The notes under the pieces are model-generated. The model did not search any database. It was given only the letters and a program-made list of their open reading frames with translations, and was not told the origin of the DNA. From positions 2,356,001-2,420,000 of the forward strand of contig OZ218952.1 of assembly GCA_965112735.1 (NCBI GenBank): a stretch of 64,000 nt of DNA, given 5' to 3'. The stretch is from Phaeosaccion multiseriatum. Its lineage: Eukaryota > Protista > Ochrophyta, other classes. Positions 36,385 through 47,510 of the stretch are shown one piece after another (the stretch's first letter is position 1; every line of letters starts with the position of its first letter). Both the position numbers and the translations under genes were made by a program.

Positions 36385-36954
36385 TCCTCCTCCCTCATTC
36401 ACGCACCCAATCCCCTCCTCGCTGGCCGCATCAGCAGTCACCAGGCCTCTCCAAATGCCGTGGCCCATCTCTTCAAAGGCCGCCTCGGCCTCCTCCGTTG
36501 CATCGAATGCTTCCACCTGTTCTGTCCTACGGGCCAGGGATTCCGCTGCCCTTCTCCTCTTTCTCGATACCTTCTCGCCAAACGCTGGGAGCGTTTCCAT
36601 GTGCAAGCCGTGCTCCGTCCTGAGCTTCTGCACCAGGGCTTCGCGGAGCTCTCTGTTGGCCTGCGGTTCACGAAAGTGAGCAGAGAAATGCGCGATACAA
36701 GTATCAGCTTCATGAGCTACCACGGCTGCAACTGCGTCGAATAATCAAGCAGATGCACTCTACTAGCTTCACGGACTACACACCTCGACAGCCAAGTCCA
36801 TCCTGCTCTCTGCCTTTTTTAGTTCGTCCCGGATGCGGTGGTTGAGCCTGAGAGCCTCCCTTGCAGCGTCACCGGCCTTGACCGGATCAAGAACGACTGT
36901 CGCAGCGTGCCCTACAGTAGAAGAAGGCAGATGCGAGGGCCTGGGCGGCGCCAT
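34913..36954 (-). CDS. Multi-repeat Myb protein, SNAPC4/SNAP190-like (about 4.5 repeats)
   Basis: N-terminal coiled coil ALRLNHRIRDELKK, then repeats PWLQSEEDSL...DWEQIA, RWTKQEDKTL...NWGVVS...CRYRW, GRWAAQEEAQL...QCRDKWTNVLDP, GPWT...KWAQVADAIPGRNDDMCKRRW. Confidence 0.72.
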
Positions 36955-37061
36955 GAGCGAGGTTTCAAGAAATGGGGCAAGTGAAGGGTATGCATCTGTG
37001 AGTCATGGTATGGAGATCCAACATACCAAGGACAATTAACAACCACGCGAGGTTGGGCAAG

Positions 37062-37139
37062 ATGAGTCTCCCGCCTTCCCGGCAGCAAGGGGGGAAGGGG
37101 AAGCAGCAGCAGCAGCAGAATCAGCATCAGCAGCAGCAT

Positions 37140-37184
<45 letters not shown>

Positions 37185-37903
37185 GAGGAGGAGGAGGCGC
37201 AGCAGGAGGAAGATGGGTTGGATCTCGTCACCGCGATGCAGGAGTCGCTTGATCAACTCGCACTCAACATGTTCGACGCGATCCGGCTTATCCCGACCCT
37301 CGACGTGGCTGAAGCCCCGCCCATGGGAGATGCATTGGATGGACCAATCCCAAAGAAAAAGCAGAAGAAGGCAGCGGCAGCTGTCGCAGCGGCCGCGGCA
37401 GCCGTCGCAGCTACCAAGCACCAACAGGAGCAACAGCAGAAGAAGGAGAGCTGGGGTGTGGAGGTGAAGGCTCTGGCGGCGAAGGTGCTGGAGGAGGCCT
37501 CGGGACTGAAAGACATGATTGATCGTCTGCCGGGCGCCGACAAAGCTGGAGACCAATCCCTTCAGGTGCGGTGCGCAGTCTGTCAATCTGTGGGGATTGG
37601 AGGAGGGAGGGGCGCTCTGTCTTGGGGCCGATTTCAACATCATGCCACTGCTGATTCACAGTGTCCAATCCTGTTCACACACTCTTACCCTTGCTTCCTG
37701 CTTCACTCTTCTACCTCCGATGTGTACTGTCCTGCCTTTTCACAACTCTGCAGCAATTGGCCGAGATGGACAAGCAGAACGGAGCGCTCCGGGAAGCGCT
37801 GAAGGACAAGACGAATGAGGCCGCTGAACTCACGGCCCGAGCAGATGTACGCCTCGATGACATGGCAGAGCGTTTGCTTGCCGCAGCAGCAGGCCGACCT
37901 TGA
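37062..37903 (+). CDS. MED21: Mediator subunit 21-like, 2 exons, with an N-terminal polyQ/E extension
   Basis: DLVTAMQESLDQLALNMFDAI...MIDRLPG...QLAEMDKQN matches the Med21/Srb7 pattern. Confidence 0.7.
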
Positions 37904-38552
37904 TGCTTTCCCAAAGACCCTGTCTTTCGGCCAACAACTGCTCTCAGACCGTGATCAGCCGCATCCCTTTTACACCCAGTCCTAGCATCTCGGGCAAAAA
38001 CTCCGAGAGGCCCAGATGAATGTGATGTGTGTATCAAAGGATGACGGGTTTAGTACTCGTGCTGGGAAAGTGTTGATGACGGGCACGCGAGCGTGCTGGC
38101 GATGCATGGAGGCGATTGAGCTGCTCCCCACCCGAGCCCGAGGATGGTGGAGAAGGTTCCCATCTCCCTGTCGGTGCGTGCTCCAAAGGCGGGTGGAAGG
38201 AAGCCTACGCCTCTGCCGACGATGACGCGCTCATGCTGGCTGCGCTCATCCAACGCAAACAAGTCGATGGACCTTAGACAAGTCGTGGGTGAAGTGTTAA
38301 ATACTTGCATCGGGACATCGGGATAGTATTCCAAAGGCGGGCATGCTACTCTATCCACTTGTCACAGTCGAAAAGCCGTTGCCGCGTGCCAGAAGAGGAG
38401 AGGGAAAGCTCTCCCAAGCGCCGCCGGTTCAGCAGCAGAATGGCTCTGACCCCCTCCCCAAGCGACACGCGCGTCCTCGCAGCCGCCTTTTGGCCCATAC
38501 AGTAACTCGGTGTTGGTTTACTTCTGTCTATAAGCATCAATACAAGGTCTCT

Positions 38553-39118
38553 CTATTTCTTCTTATTCCCTCCAAAGAGGCCTTTAAAGGCCATCATCAC
38601 CCCGGACTCTTGGGGATCTTCCGCCCTCTCCACGGGCACCTGGCCAGACTCAAAGGCGTTTCTCAGGGAGTACACAAACTGCAGAGCCTGGCGCTCCTGG
38701 GTGCTCAGCTCGGGGTGCCAAAAGTCAATGATGAGCACGTAGCGGCTTTCCTTCTCGCTCTCGTTGCCCGTCTCGTGCTCAAAGGAAGTGTCCAAAATGA
38801 CGGCTTTGCCATTCTCCCACTCTTTCTTCTGCCCCCCCACCTTCATCCAGCACTCGCCCTCGGGCACATCCACACCCAGATGGCACGTCAGCACAAAATT
38901 GCGACCGTCGCTGTGAGCGTTGACACCACTTTGAGGCCTCTGTTTAGCAATGATAATTCCTCTCATAGCCAAAGGGATTTCGAGGTCCCGAAGGAGCGAC
39001 ACAGTCTTGGGGAAGCGTTCACAGTTTTCTTCAAGCCATCTGTGAAAAGAGTTTGGCAAAACATGTAGCCGAGGAAAGATGGGCAAAGACAGTCATGGTG
39101 AGGGGCGCGCCTTGTGAA

Positions 39119-39150
<32 letters not shown>

Positions 39151-39527
39151 CGGATGGACGGCACAAAGCAACTTCCCCAGGCTCTAACCCATGGACCTAT
39201 TTCCCCCACGTGTTCCCCGTCTCGCCATTCATTAGCCATGTCTCTCCCTTTCGTCTTGCTCTCTCACCTCCCATTTCTCTGTAGCCTCACTCCGCTCCAC
39301 CCCTCTCCCATGACATCCATCTGCACACTGTCTCCCAGGAAGCTGGTGAGCGGTGACACCATGAACTCTCTAAACTCGTCCTGCACTACTTGAGACTTTT
39401 CCTCCAGAGTCCCCACCCACGGGAAGTCCTCCTTGTCCCACCATGGCTTGCCAGCCAGGCCCGCTGAGATCCCAGTAAGGTAGACGTGTAGGGGAGCGAG
39501 AGAGCGAGAGCGAGCGAGAGAGAGAAT

Positions 39528-39558
<31 letters not shown>

Positions 39559-40240
39559 AGAAGGGTGTAGCAGTGCAATCATGGGCGAGACAAGATGGAG
39601 ACAGGCATGAATAACCTACTCTTTGACCGACTGACTGACCTACGAACTCCTCAATGGGCTGATGCAACTCCCCCTGAGGCTCCTGAATAAGGTCCTGCAG
39701 CAAGCAAGCATTTGTGAAGGGCAGAGGGGAGGGGGATATTGTACAGCAACTATCAGGGGAAGAGCCGAGCGTCATCCTCTCCTTCCTCCCGCCAGCTAAA
39801 AGCCACACGAGGCTGATATGTCTACATGGAGAGTGGGTGGATTGCTCAAGCCTCCTGCTCCGCTCTTCTGGGTGCCGGTGTCAAAATCGCACTTACCCCC
39901 TTGCAATATTTGACAAAGTCGTATATTCTGTCGACGCTCCCTTCTGGGAAGTCTGCCAGACCTTCCTCCACCTTGTTGAAGAACTGCATCCTCCGAGGCG
40001 TCATGGGCATGCGCTCTTCGAGAGCAGCGGGTGTGCTCATACCCAATACAGTGCTGCTGCTCCTAGCTCTTACCCTCCCTTGCGCTCTCGCTTCTGATGC
40101 TACTGCTGTTGCTGCTGCTCCTGCTGGTGCTGCTGCTCGTGTTAACATGACCCCCCCCCCCCCCCCGAGCTGATGAAAGCCCCTGTTTCGTGCATGCAGA
40201 GCAGCAGCAGCAGCAGCAGCAGGAGCCCGTAACGCCCCAT
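38553..40240 (-). CDS. Aspartyl/asparaginyl beta-hydroxylase-domain 2OG-Fe(II) oxygenase, probably plastid-targeted; apparent frameshift at a G16 run
   Basis: HSD...LTCHLG...WENGKAVILDTSFEHETGN...RYVLIIDFWHPEL. The upstream presequence [21 protein letters not shown] is out of frame by one base at 40151-40166. Confidence 0.85.
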
Positions 40241-40462
40241 CGTAGACAGCCTCCGCCCACTTCCTTCTCTAGTACTATTGAAGGTGAATATCTTCCGTTC
40301 CTTCTTCTTCTTCTTCTTCTACTTGTACAACTACTTGTGGGGGTCGCCGCGAACGGAGAAGCTGAAATTCACACTCCTCACAAACACGCCCTCGATCTCT
40401 TCGACTTCGACTTCGAAGCCCCCTCGTCAGTGAGGGCTCTTCCTTCACGTGCGAGAGAGTCC

Positions 40463-41278
40463 ATGCACATAGGCTTGTATGGCTTCCGTCTCTTGAGTAT
40501 TGGACGAAGTCACCCCTTGAGGAGCTTCGCATCGTACAGAAGCTGCCATGGTGGGCTGCTGAGGTGGCCTCTCTCTCGACTTTGCTCTACAACTGCTCGC
40601 CTCTCCCACAGTTGCAGCTACCGCTGGACCCTCCCCCCCTTCGCCCCTCGTCGACTCTATTCTACCACGGAAGGGGGCGGGCTGAGCAGCGGCAACAAAC
40701 TAGCCGGAGGGGATGGTTCGGGTGGAGGGGCAGGACGAGATGAGGTGGGAGAGGAGAGACGCCAAGGGTGGAGGCCCGGGACGAGTGGGGATGAGGCGGG
40801 AGAGGAGAGACGCCAAGGTTGGAGGCCCGGGAAGATTGATGAGCTCTCGGATGAGCTCTCGAATAATCTCTGGAATGTCCCCTCTGACGTGAGCGGCCAC
40901 GCTCCCCTGGCGCCAGTGAAACCAGCGAGGCGGCGACTCACTCCAGAGCAAGCCAAGAAGGCGGCAGCCGTGAGGATGGAGGAGAAGCGCACCAGACAGC
41001 GAGAACTTGCGAAGAGCCGCCCTAAGCCCCAAAAGTCTCTCGAGGCGAATAGTATGGACGCCTTTGCGGAGCTGGAAAGAAAGCTGGCGGCGCAGTCTGC
41101 TTCCGCCACCGAGGGTGGTGTGAGCGCAGCATCGGCAGCGAGTCGAATTGCCATACCTACCGAAGAGCCATTGGAACCGGATGCTGGTGATTGCTGTGGG
41201 AACGGTTGTGCCAGCTGTGTGTGGATTGTGTATTGGGAGCAGCTGCAAGCGTGGAAGGCCGCACAAGAAATGGAGTGA
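40463..41278 (+). CDS. Oxidoreductase-like domain protein (OXLD1-like), probably mitochondrial, intronless
   Basis: C-terminal PLEPDAGDCCGNGCASCVWIVYWEQLQAW. R/S/L-rich presequence from ATG 40463. Confidence 0.85.
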   Translation: MHIGLYGFRLLSIGRSHPLRSFASYRSCHGGLLRWPLSRLCSTTARLSHSCSYRWTLPPFAPRRLYSTTEGGGLSSGNKLAGGDGSGGGAGRDEVGEERRQGWRPGTSGDEAGEERRQGWRPGKIDELSDELSNNLWNVPSDVSGHAPLAPVKPARRRLTPEQAKKAAAVRMEEKRTRQRELAKSRPKPQKSLEANSMDAFAELERKLAAQSASATEGGVSAASAASRIAIPTEEPLEPDAGDCCGNGCASCVWIVYWEQLQAWKAAQEME

Positions 41279-41869
41279 CCTGTGGGAGCTGAAGACTATC
41301 AACTTTCGAAAGGCCGTACAGAGCCGTGCACAGTACAAGTAGGCTTCTCGTATCGGTGGGACTCAGGTGACGAGGGAGGTACTCAGGTGTCGCCCTTCGC
41401 CCTTCTTTTAAAAGGAGGGAGTCGGTGCTGCTCTTCTTCTCCTTTCGGAGGAGCTGGTCGCCTGGGCGTAGAGTCCTTGCCTTCTCGGACTTTGTGGCTC
41501 ACGGAATCAACCAACTTACGGCCAGCAGAAGCACTACCACCGCCACTTCTCTTGCTGCTGCCGCCGCTGCTCGAACAGCATAGCCAGCCTCCCACATACG
41601 CGTCAACAGTCTTCTGTCTGGGCGTGAGCCTTGCAGCACGGAAGCACGTCGGGCTCAATGTCCCGGCTGCTCGGAGAAGCGCAGCTCATCGATAAATGGG
41701 ATCGCTTGCCCAGAGTCGTTCAGTCTCGGTCGACGTAGCCCTACCCACGGCTTCAGGAAGGGCCTTTCTCCCGCAGGATCACCGTTTCGGCCCCCGCAAC
41801 TTCGCAAACCTCAAATTTGGAAGCTGGAAGCTGTGGCAGCTTGGCCGGTTGGTACGCCTGGAAGCCAGA

Positions 41870-42250
41870 TGTTACGATGAACATCGACTTATGTGACTGA
41901 GCACTATATCGACATAGAATATCGAGGTACATGTGTGGCGCCAAAGCCATCACTTCTTTAGACGTATCTCTCATGGGTATATAACAATACAAGAGTTGAC
42001 ACTACTTGGCCTGTCACTGTTCTGCCTGCCGCTGCTCTGCCTGTCGCTGCTCAGCCATCCCCAGGCAGAGCAGCGACAGGCAGAGCAGCGGCAGGCAGAA
42101 CAGTGACAGGCCAAGTAGTGTCAACTCTTGTATTGTTATATACCCATGAGAGATACGTCTAAAGAAGTGATGGCTTTGGCGCCACACATGTACCTCGATA
42201 TTCTGTGTCGATATAGTGCTCAGTCACATAAGTCGATGTTCATCGTAACA
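41870..42250. mobile_element. 381-bp palindromic (foldback) insertion with TG...CA termini and a 5-bp TSD (CCAGA)
   Basis: Arms 41870-42052 and 42068-42250 are reverse complements with 1 mismatch. CCAGA occurs at 41865-41869 and 42251-42255. Confidence 0.9.
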
Positions 42251-42999
42251 CCAGAAGCTCAGAAGGATGTCGGGGGCCGACGGGTTTGCCAGTGCAAGCC
42301 TGTGGACGGATGGGATTTGGGTGTACACAGACTACGTTGTGTTGATCCCTGGTTGGCGGAGAGGGAGAGGCGAGCGCCACGTCGTGTTAGACGGCACCGT
42401 GATACGTCGTGATGGTGGAGCGTGACTCGCCCGGTCTCCAATGATCAGAGAAGCAGCGTTACGATAGAAGAGGAGGTTGCTGGGCTCCACTGGTGACCGC
42501 TGTCTCCCCGTTTCTTTCCGTACAACAACACTAGAGTCGGCCGCCTTCAGTGAGCTACGGCTTCAATTGACAAAAAAAAGAACCATTTGAGGGGGTTCTC
42601 AGTATGCTTTGTGTGGAAAGACCAGACGTTTCTCAGGGAGGAAAAGGCAGTCAAGTCACTCGTTGCTTCTCTGTGTGTAGTTTTATACGCTGGCACACAG
42701 AGCCACCAAGTCGGAGTGCGGGGCAACATCTTACAAACAAGAGTCTTAACTTACACGTTGGCTGTTGCTACATTCCCTCTGGCTACACTTTCATCCTCAA
42801 CCACTTCAAAAAGTCGGTGTCAAAACATCGTTTTTCTTCGCCATCTCCTTCCCCCTCTCTTCCCCCTCTACACGTTTCTTCAAATTTCTCTGTCTCCTTC
42901 TTCGCTCCTTGCTTCTTCTGGAGGCTTGGATGCCAACCTTGCTTGCTGTCCCCGGGCCTGGTGACGGCGTCACTTTGGTCACAGAGTGGCTTCCTACGC

Positions 43000-44233
43000 C
43001 TACACCACACCACGATCCATGCGATTCTTTCGCGGCGCTGCTGCGGTGGTGGCGGTGCCCTGTTTCTTCTCCCACGGCATGCGCATGTCCGTAATCTCCA
43101 CTGAATCGTCTTCGTCGTCGGAATCCTCCGCCTTCTCAGTCTTGGCCTCGTCATCAGCCTCCTCCGGCAAGCCGCGACCGCGATCCGCCATCTTTGCACT
43201 CTTGGGCGAATCCCGGATCATCATCTCAGGCCTCTTCTTATGGCCAGGCCCTTCCCACGGAGTCTCAGCTTCGTGGATCATCTGCGCTGACATGCAGCCA
43301 TTCCCAATCACCCTCGTCCACAGAATGCCCTTCATCAGCGTTCGAGCAATCCCAAAGCACGCCCTCGCCGCTCGACCCCCTTCCCCGCCCAGCTCTTGAG
43401 CTCCCTCGCTTTCGGGGGCACAGAGACGCAGGAGGCATGAGGAGACACACACGCAGCAGCCGACCTTGCAGCAAGTATGCATGATCCTCGAGAAGAAGTG
43501 GATGCACTTTCTCTGGCGATTCTCAGTGGGATCAATGGAGAGGCCGCGCTCGTGCCTTTGGTAGCGCCGAGAGACGTCAAAGGAACAGCACGAGGAGTAG
43601 CAGCCACCCAAAAACCACACCTCCAAGCACAAGAAGGCGTTGGGGCAATCCTGCTCGCCGTACGTCCCCGACTTGATGGTGCACGGCATAGAAGGGCAGG
43701 TCCTGGCCATGCAATGTGGGCCGTCGTGGTATCCTAAGGTTGAGCGAGTGTGGTGCGTGCGTGAGGGAGTGCGTGCGTGAGAACGTGAGGGAGGGACTGA
43801 GTGAGTAAGTGAGTGAGCGTCTGACTGACCCACCTTGCCAGAGCTTGTACTTGGTCATGTCACCACCCAGCACCTTGCGTCGCAAATGCCATTGAAAACA
43901 CGGGCCACAGACCGTCGCGAAGCAGCATGAGCAAGGCCGTTTGAACGGCGCTTGCAGCATACTAATCTCGTAGCCCGAGCTCTCATTGGTATGCGGATTT
44001 GGGCTGAAGCAAAAGATTAGAGGAAAGGCGAGAGGGCTCCCGAAGATCCAAATCAGTTTTCCGAACTGATCGATCACGGGGGTGATCACCTGAAGCACAT
44101 CCGCGCACTTCGAGAAGACCTTATCGCCTCCACATCCTTTCTTCCACCAGGACGGGCAGCCGTTGCTGATCGCTTTGCCTACGAAGCCTGGCACTTCCAT
44201 CCCCCGCCAACGCGGCCCACCTCGGCGAGGCAT
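43000..44233 (-). CDS. Cys-rich PLAC8-family-like protein, 2 exons
   Basis: PCSCCFATVCGPCFQWHLRRKVLGGDMTKYKLWQ|GY...GEQDCPNAFLCLEV...GCMSAQ resembles plant/protist PLAC8 proteins. Confidence 0.65.
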
Positions 44234-44696
44234 TCTTTGATTTTCCTTCTGATTTTTTTTCTCTCTCCTTTAGTACGGTCCCACACAATTCAACTCCTTC
44301 CAACCCCCCGACACTCCCAGCCAAACTCAGGGGAATGGCGTGCCGTTGAAGAGGGGCAGAGCTTGATGTGTTCTAAGCCAAGTTAAAGGTTTGGTTGAGA
44401 GAAGAAGAAAAAGAAAGAAGGGATGTAAGATTTATCGAAATCGATCATGTCGAAATAAAATAGAGGTGCCTTGGGTGACACAGCTCTAAACTCCCTCCCT
44501 CTCCTCCTTCTCCCCCCCTTCTTCCTCCCCCACTATATTCTTAAATTCTCCATCTGCAGCAGCAGCAGGAGGAGGAGAAGACAGTAGGAGGTGAATCACG
44601 AGAAGACGTTGCAGGAACAGCAAAAGGAGTGGCAGGAACCAGGAAGGACGGGGGGAGGGAGGGAAGAGGGAGTTCGAGAAGGAGAGAGCGGAGGGA

Positions 44697-45624
44697 ATGG
44701 GGAGGGGCGGGCAAGGCGTTAGAAAGGGCCACGAGCCCGATCAAGGCGCTGTAGAAGTCGTTAAGAAGGCAAAGACCGACCTGCACGAGAGCTTCGTCAC
44801 ACCAGCACCAGCACCAACAGCAACATCGCCCTCTCTCTCTCCTAACCTTCTCTCGGCCACTGGGCTGTCTAGCTGCCTACTCTGGCCCTCGATTTGCCTG
44901 CTGCCCCTGGCGATCGGCATTTCCGCGGCTTCCCCTCTGCACTATACTCGCATCTTCAGTAAGGCTTGGTGGGATCCAGAGGTGTGGCAAGGGCAGGCGG
45001 GGACGGGTGGGGGGTGGCCGTCGCCGCTGGGCCTGTCGCTGGGCATCGCAGCGGTGGCAGTCGGGCAGGTTTTTGTGATTGGATATCACTACCTGCGGTG
45101 GAGGGGTAAGCTGGGAGGGACCCGTGCTATTCAGCGGAGAGGCGCGACGCAGTATGCTTTCTCTCACGGGGTCGCGACCCACTTGTCGCAGCCGGAGGGT
45201 TTCGGTGAGTGGGAGGTGTCCGAGAGGAAGGCAAGATTGTGACAGGGGGGTGTGGATCGACTGATGGGAAAGCGACTGTGGAGCGCATCCCCTCTTTTCT
45301 TCCAGCTTGAGAGAAGGAATCGACTACAGAGATGCTTGCTAGGGACTTACCGCAACGTTGCCTAGGGAAGGCACGCATAGGGACGGACTATTCTAACGAG
45401 CTTACCCCGCTATCAGCCCTTCAGGGGAGGGAGGCGCTCGCTCAGCTGTTGTTTTTTATTTTTGTTGTTGTTGTCGCTGGCCCTGATCTGACCGACGGGC
45501 ATCCCCCATCCTGCTTCCTCGGACGTAGCACAACGTTGCCTAGGGAAGGCACGCATAGGGACGGACTTTTCTAACGAGCTTGCCCCGCTATCAGGCCTTG
45601 AGGGGAGGGAGGCGCTCGCTCAGC

Positions 45625-45667
<43 letters not shown>

Positions 45668-46335
45668 GCTGGCCCTGATCTGACCGACGCACCTCCACCT
45701 CCCTGCGTTCTCCTTTGCCCCCACACCCCACCTTCCCCACGTCCCTCTCTGCTCCTCCCCCCCAACATCCCCTCCTCTCCACACCAGTGCTGCTGGGACT
45801 CTATTTGACTGGCACATGGATGCTTCAACTCATGCCCCGGTCGTACTACTCCTTCGAGGGCGGAATCAACTGGCCCTTGGTGCTGGTCCAGCTGCTGCTG
45901 CAAGAAGGTTTCCAGTACGCCATGCACATGCTGGAACATAAGCTCTCTCCGGCGCTCTACCGCGCTTCGCACAAGCCGCACCACCGCTTCACCAACCCCC
46001 GCCTGTTCGACGCCTACAATGGCTCAGCGACGGACACCTGCCTCATGATCCTGCTGCCTCTCTTCCTCACCGCGCAGTGTGCACGCCAGACCAACGTGTG
46101 GACATACATGACGTTCGGGTCCCTTTACGCCAACTGGCTCACGCTCATTCACTGCGAATGGGCGCATCCCTGGGACCTGTTCTTCCGGCGAGTGGGCTTC
46201 GGGACGGCGGCAGATCACCACGTGCACCACAGGCTTTTTACATACAACTACGGGCACCTCTTTATGTACTACGACTGGGCCTTTGGGACATATAAGGACC
46301 CTGGCTCCGTCGAGGTCTTCAACTTGAGTGTATGA
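44697..46335 (+). CDS. Fatty acid hydroxylase / sterol desaturase superfamily protein, 2 exons
   Basis: His boxes HMLEH, HKPHH and HHVHH, plus NYG...DWAFGT and TM segments. Confidence 0.9.
45353..45689. repeat. Intronic tandem duplication (45353-45497 and 45531-45689)
   Basis: Both copies run from CAACGTTGCCTAGGGAAGGCACGCATAGGGACGGACT to GCTGGCCCTGATCTGACCGACG. Confidence 0.9.
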
Positions 46336-46410
46336 CCGTTGTTGCTGAACATACGAGTATTGTACAAAAAGCCAAGTCTCTTGCCTTCCCTTTTCTTTAG
46401 TGTCTACGTA

Positions 46411-47366
46411 CTAGCCCTGCTGCATGTCCTGCTCCTGCTGCTGCTGGGGCTCTATCTTGTCCAACACCTGCAGCACCTCCCCTTCCTCCTCCTCCTTGTC
46501 TTCGTTGCCCCCCCCGGCCTTGGCCTTCAAAAGAGCCGCGTCGGCCGCCCTCCTCTGCTCGTTCCTCTCTCTCTGTCGAGCCTTCTTTCGCTTCACGTCG
46601 TCTGCGTATATATGCTTCAGCGTAGCAGCGTCGAGTTTATCCTTGAGTAAGGTCAGAAACACCCCCCCCGGAGTCCTTCTCTTTGTCCCATCCGCAGTCA
46701 GCATGCCCCCTGCCTTCTCGACCCGGAGCGTCTTTCTCACCAGCGCCCTCGTCTTGTTATTTCTCAGCTGGTGCACCACCCGGCACATCAGGTAGTACTT
46801 TTTCTCGTGCAGTTGGAGGCACACCCACCTAGCCACGCCTCCCACCGTGGAAGCACGCCTCCCACCATTGCGTCCGCGCTTCCTGCCCTGGCTGCTTCTA
46901 TCTTGTCCTCCCCGTGCAGTGGGTAGCGAGGCATTCAGCATCTTCTCACAAGCACTTGCGCTTTCATTCTCAGGTTCTCTTGATATTGTTGATTCGACCC
47001 CGCCCTTTCCTCCTGCCATCGTCACACTCTCAGCGGCTGCTGGTGTGGCGGCTGGAGCCGCCTTCTCCGATCCCGTCTTGGCTCTCTTCGCTCCGTCCCC
47101 GGCCCGCTCATCCTCCTCCCCGCCCCCAATGCACAGCTTAGAGCACTCCTCGTCCAAGTCAGACAGCTCGGCGTGCTCGTCAATGCCGACGGAGGCCAGC
47201 CGCTTTGTAAGGTAGTCCTGGTGAGTCGGACGGAGAGAGAAGAGAGTGGGTTATTGACGGATGTTCGCTTACCACGGGCACAAAAAAAAGAAAACACGCC
47301 CCCACGTACACAATCGTCTCCATCCGAGTAGCACAGTTCGTCTTCTCCGGCTATATTATTCTCCAT
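46411..47366 (-). CDS. PHAX: PHAX RNA-binding domain protein (snRNA export adaptor-like), 2 exons
   Basis: LQLHEKK...TLRVEKAGGMLTADGTKRRTPGGVFLTLLK is the PHAX RNA-binding signature. Confidence 0.85.
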
Positions 47367-47510
47367 CGCTGTTTTTTTTTTTTTTTTTTTTTGATAGGGG
47401 CCGCCCCCGGCTTGGGTATTTATTGACTTACTAGAAATCACTTTGTTATTTTTTCTCTCGGTATTTCCCCTAAAAAGAGGCGGCGGCAGCTACAAACGAC
47501 GAGTAGCAGT

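Noticed and set aside
38050-38358. 102-aa ORF between MED21 and the hydroxylase gene
   Set aside because: Non-ATG start, no motif, and it lies in convergent 3' UTR space.
41753-42412. Two ORFs with the identical N-terminus MYCYIPMRDTSKEV on opposite strands
   Set aside because: They are a by-product of the palindrome, have non-ATG starts, and show no coding signal.
34913-47366. SNAPC4-like and PHAX genes (both snRNA biogenesis) within 12 kb
   Set aside because: Separated by unrelated genes; chance proximity is sufficient without synteny evidence.
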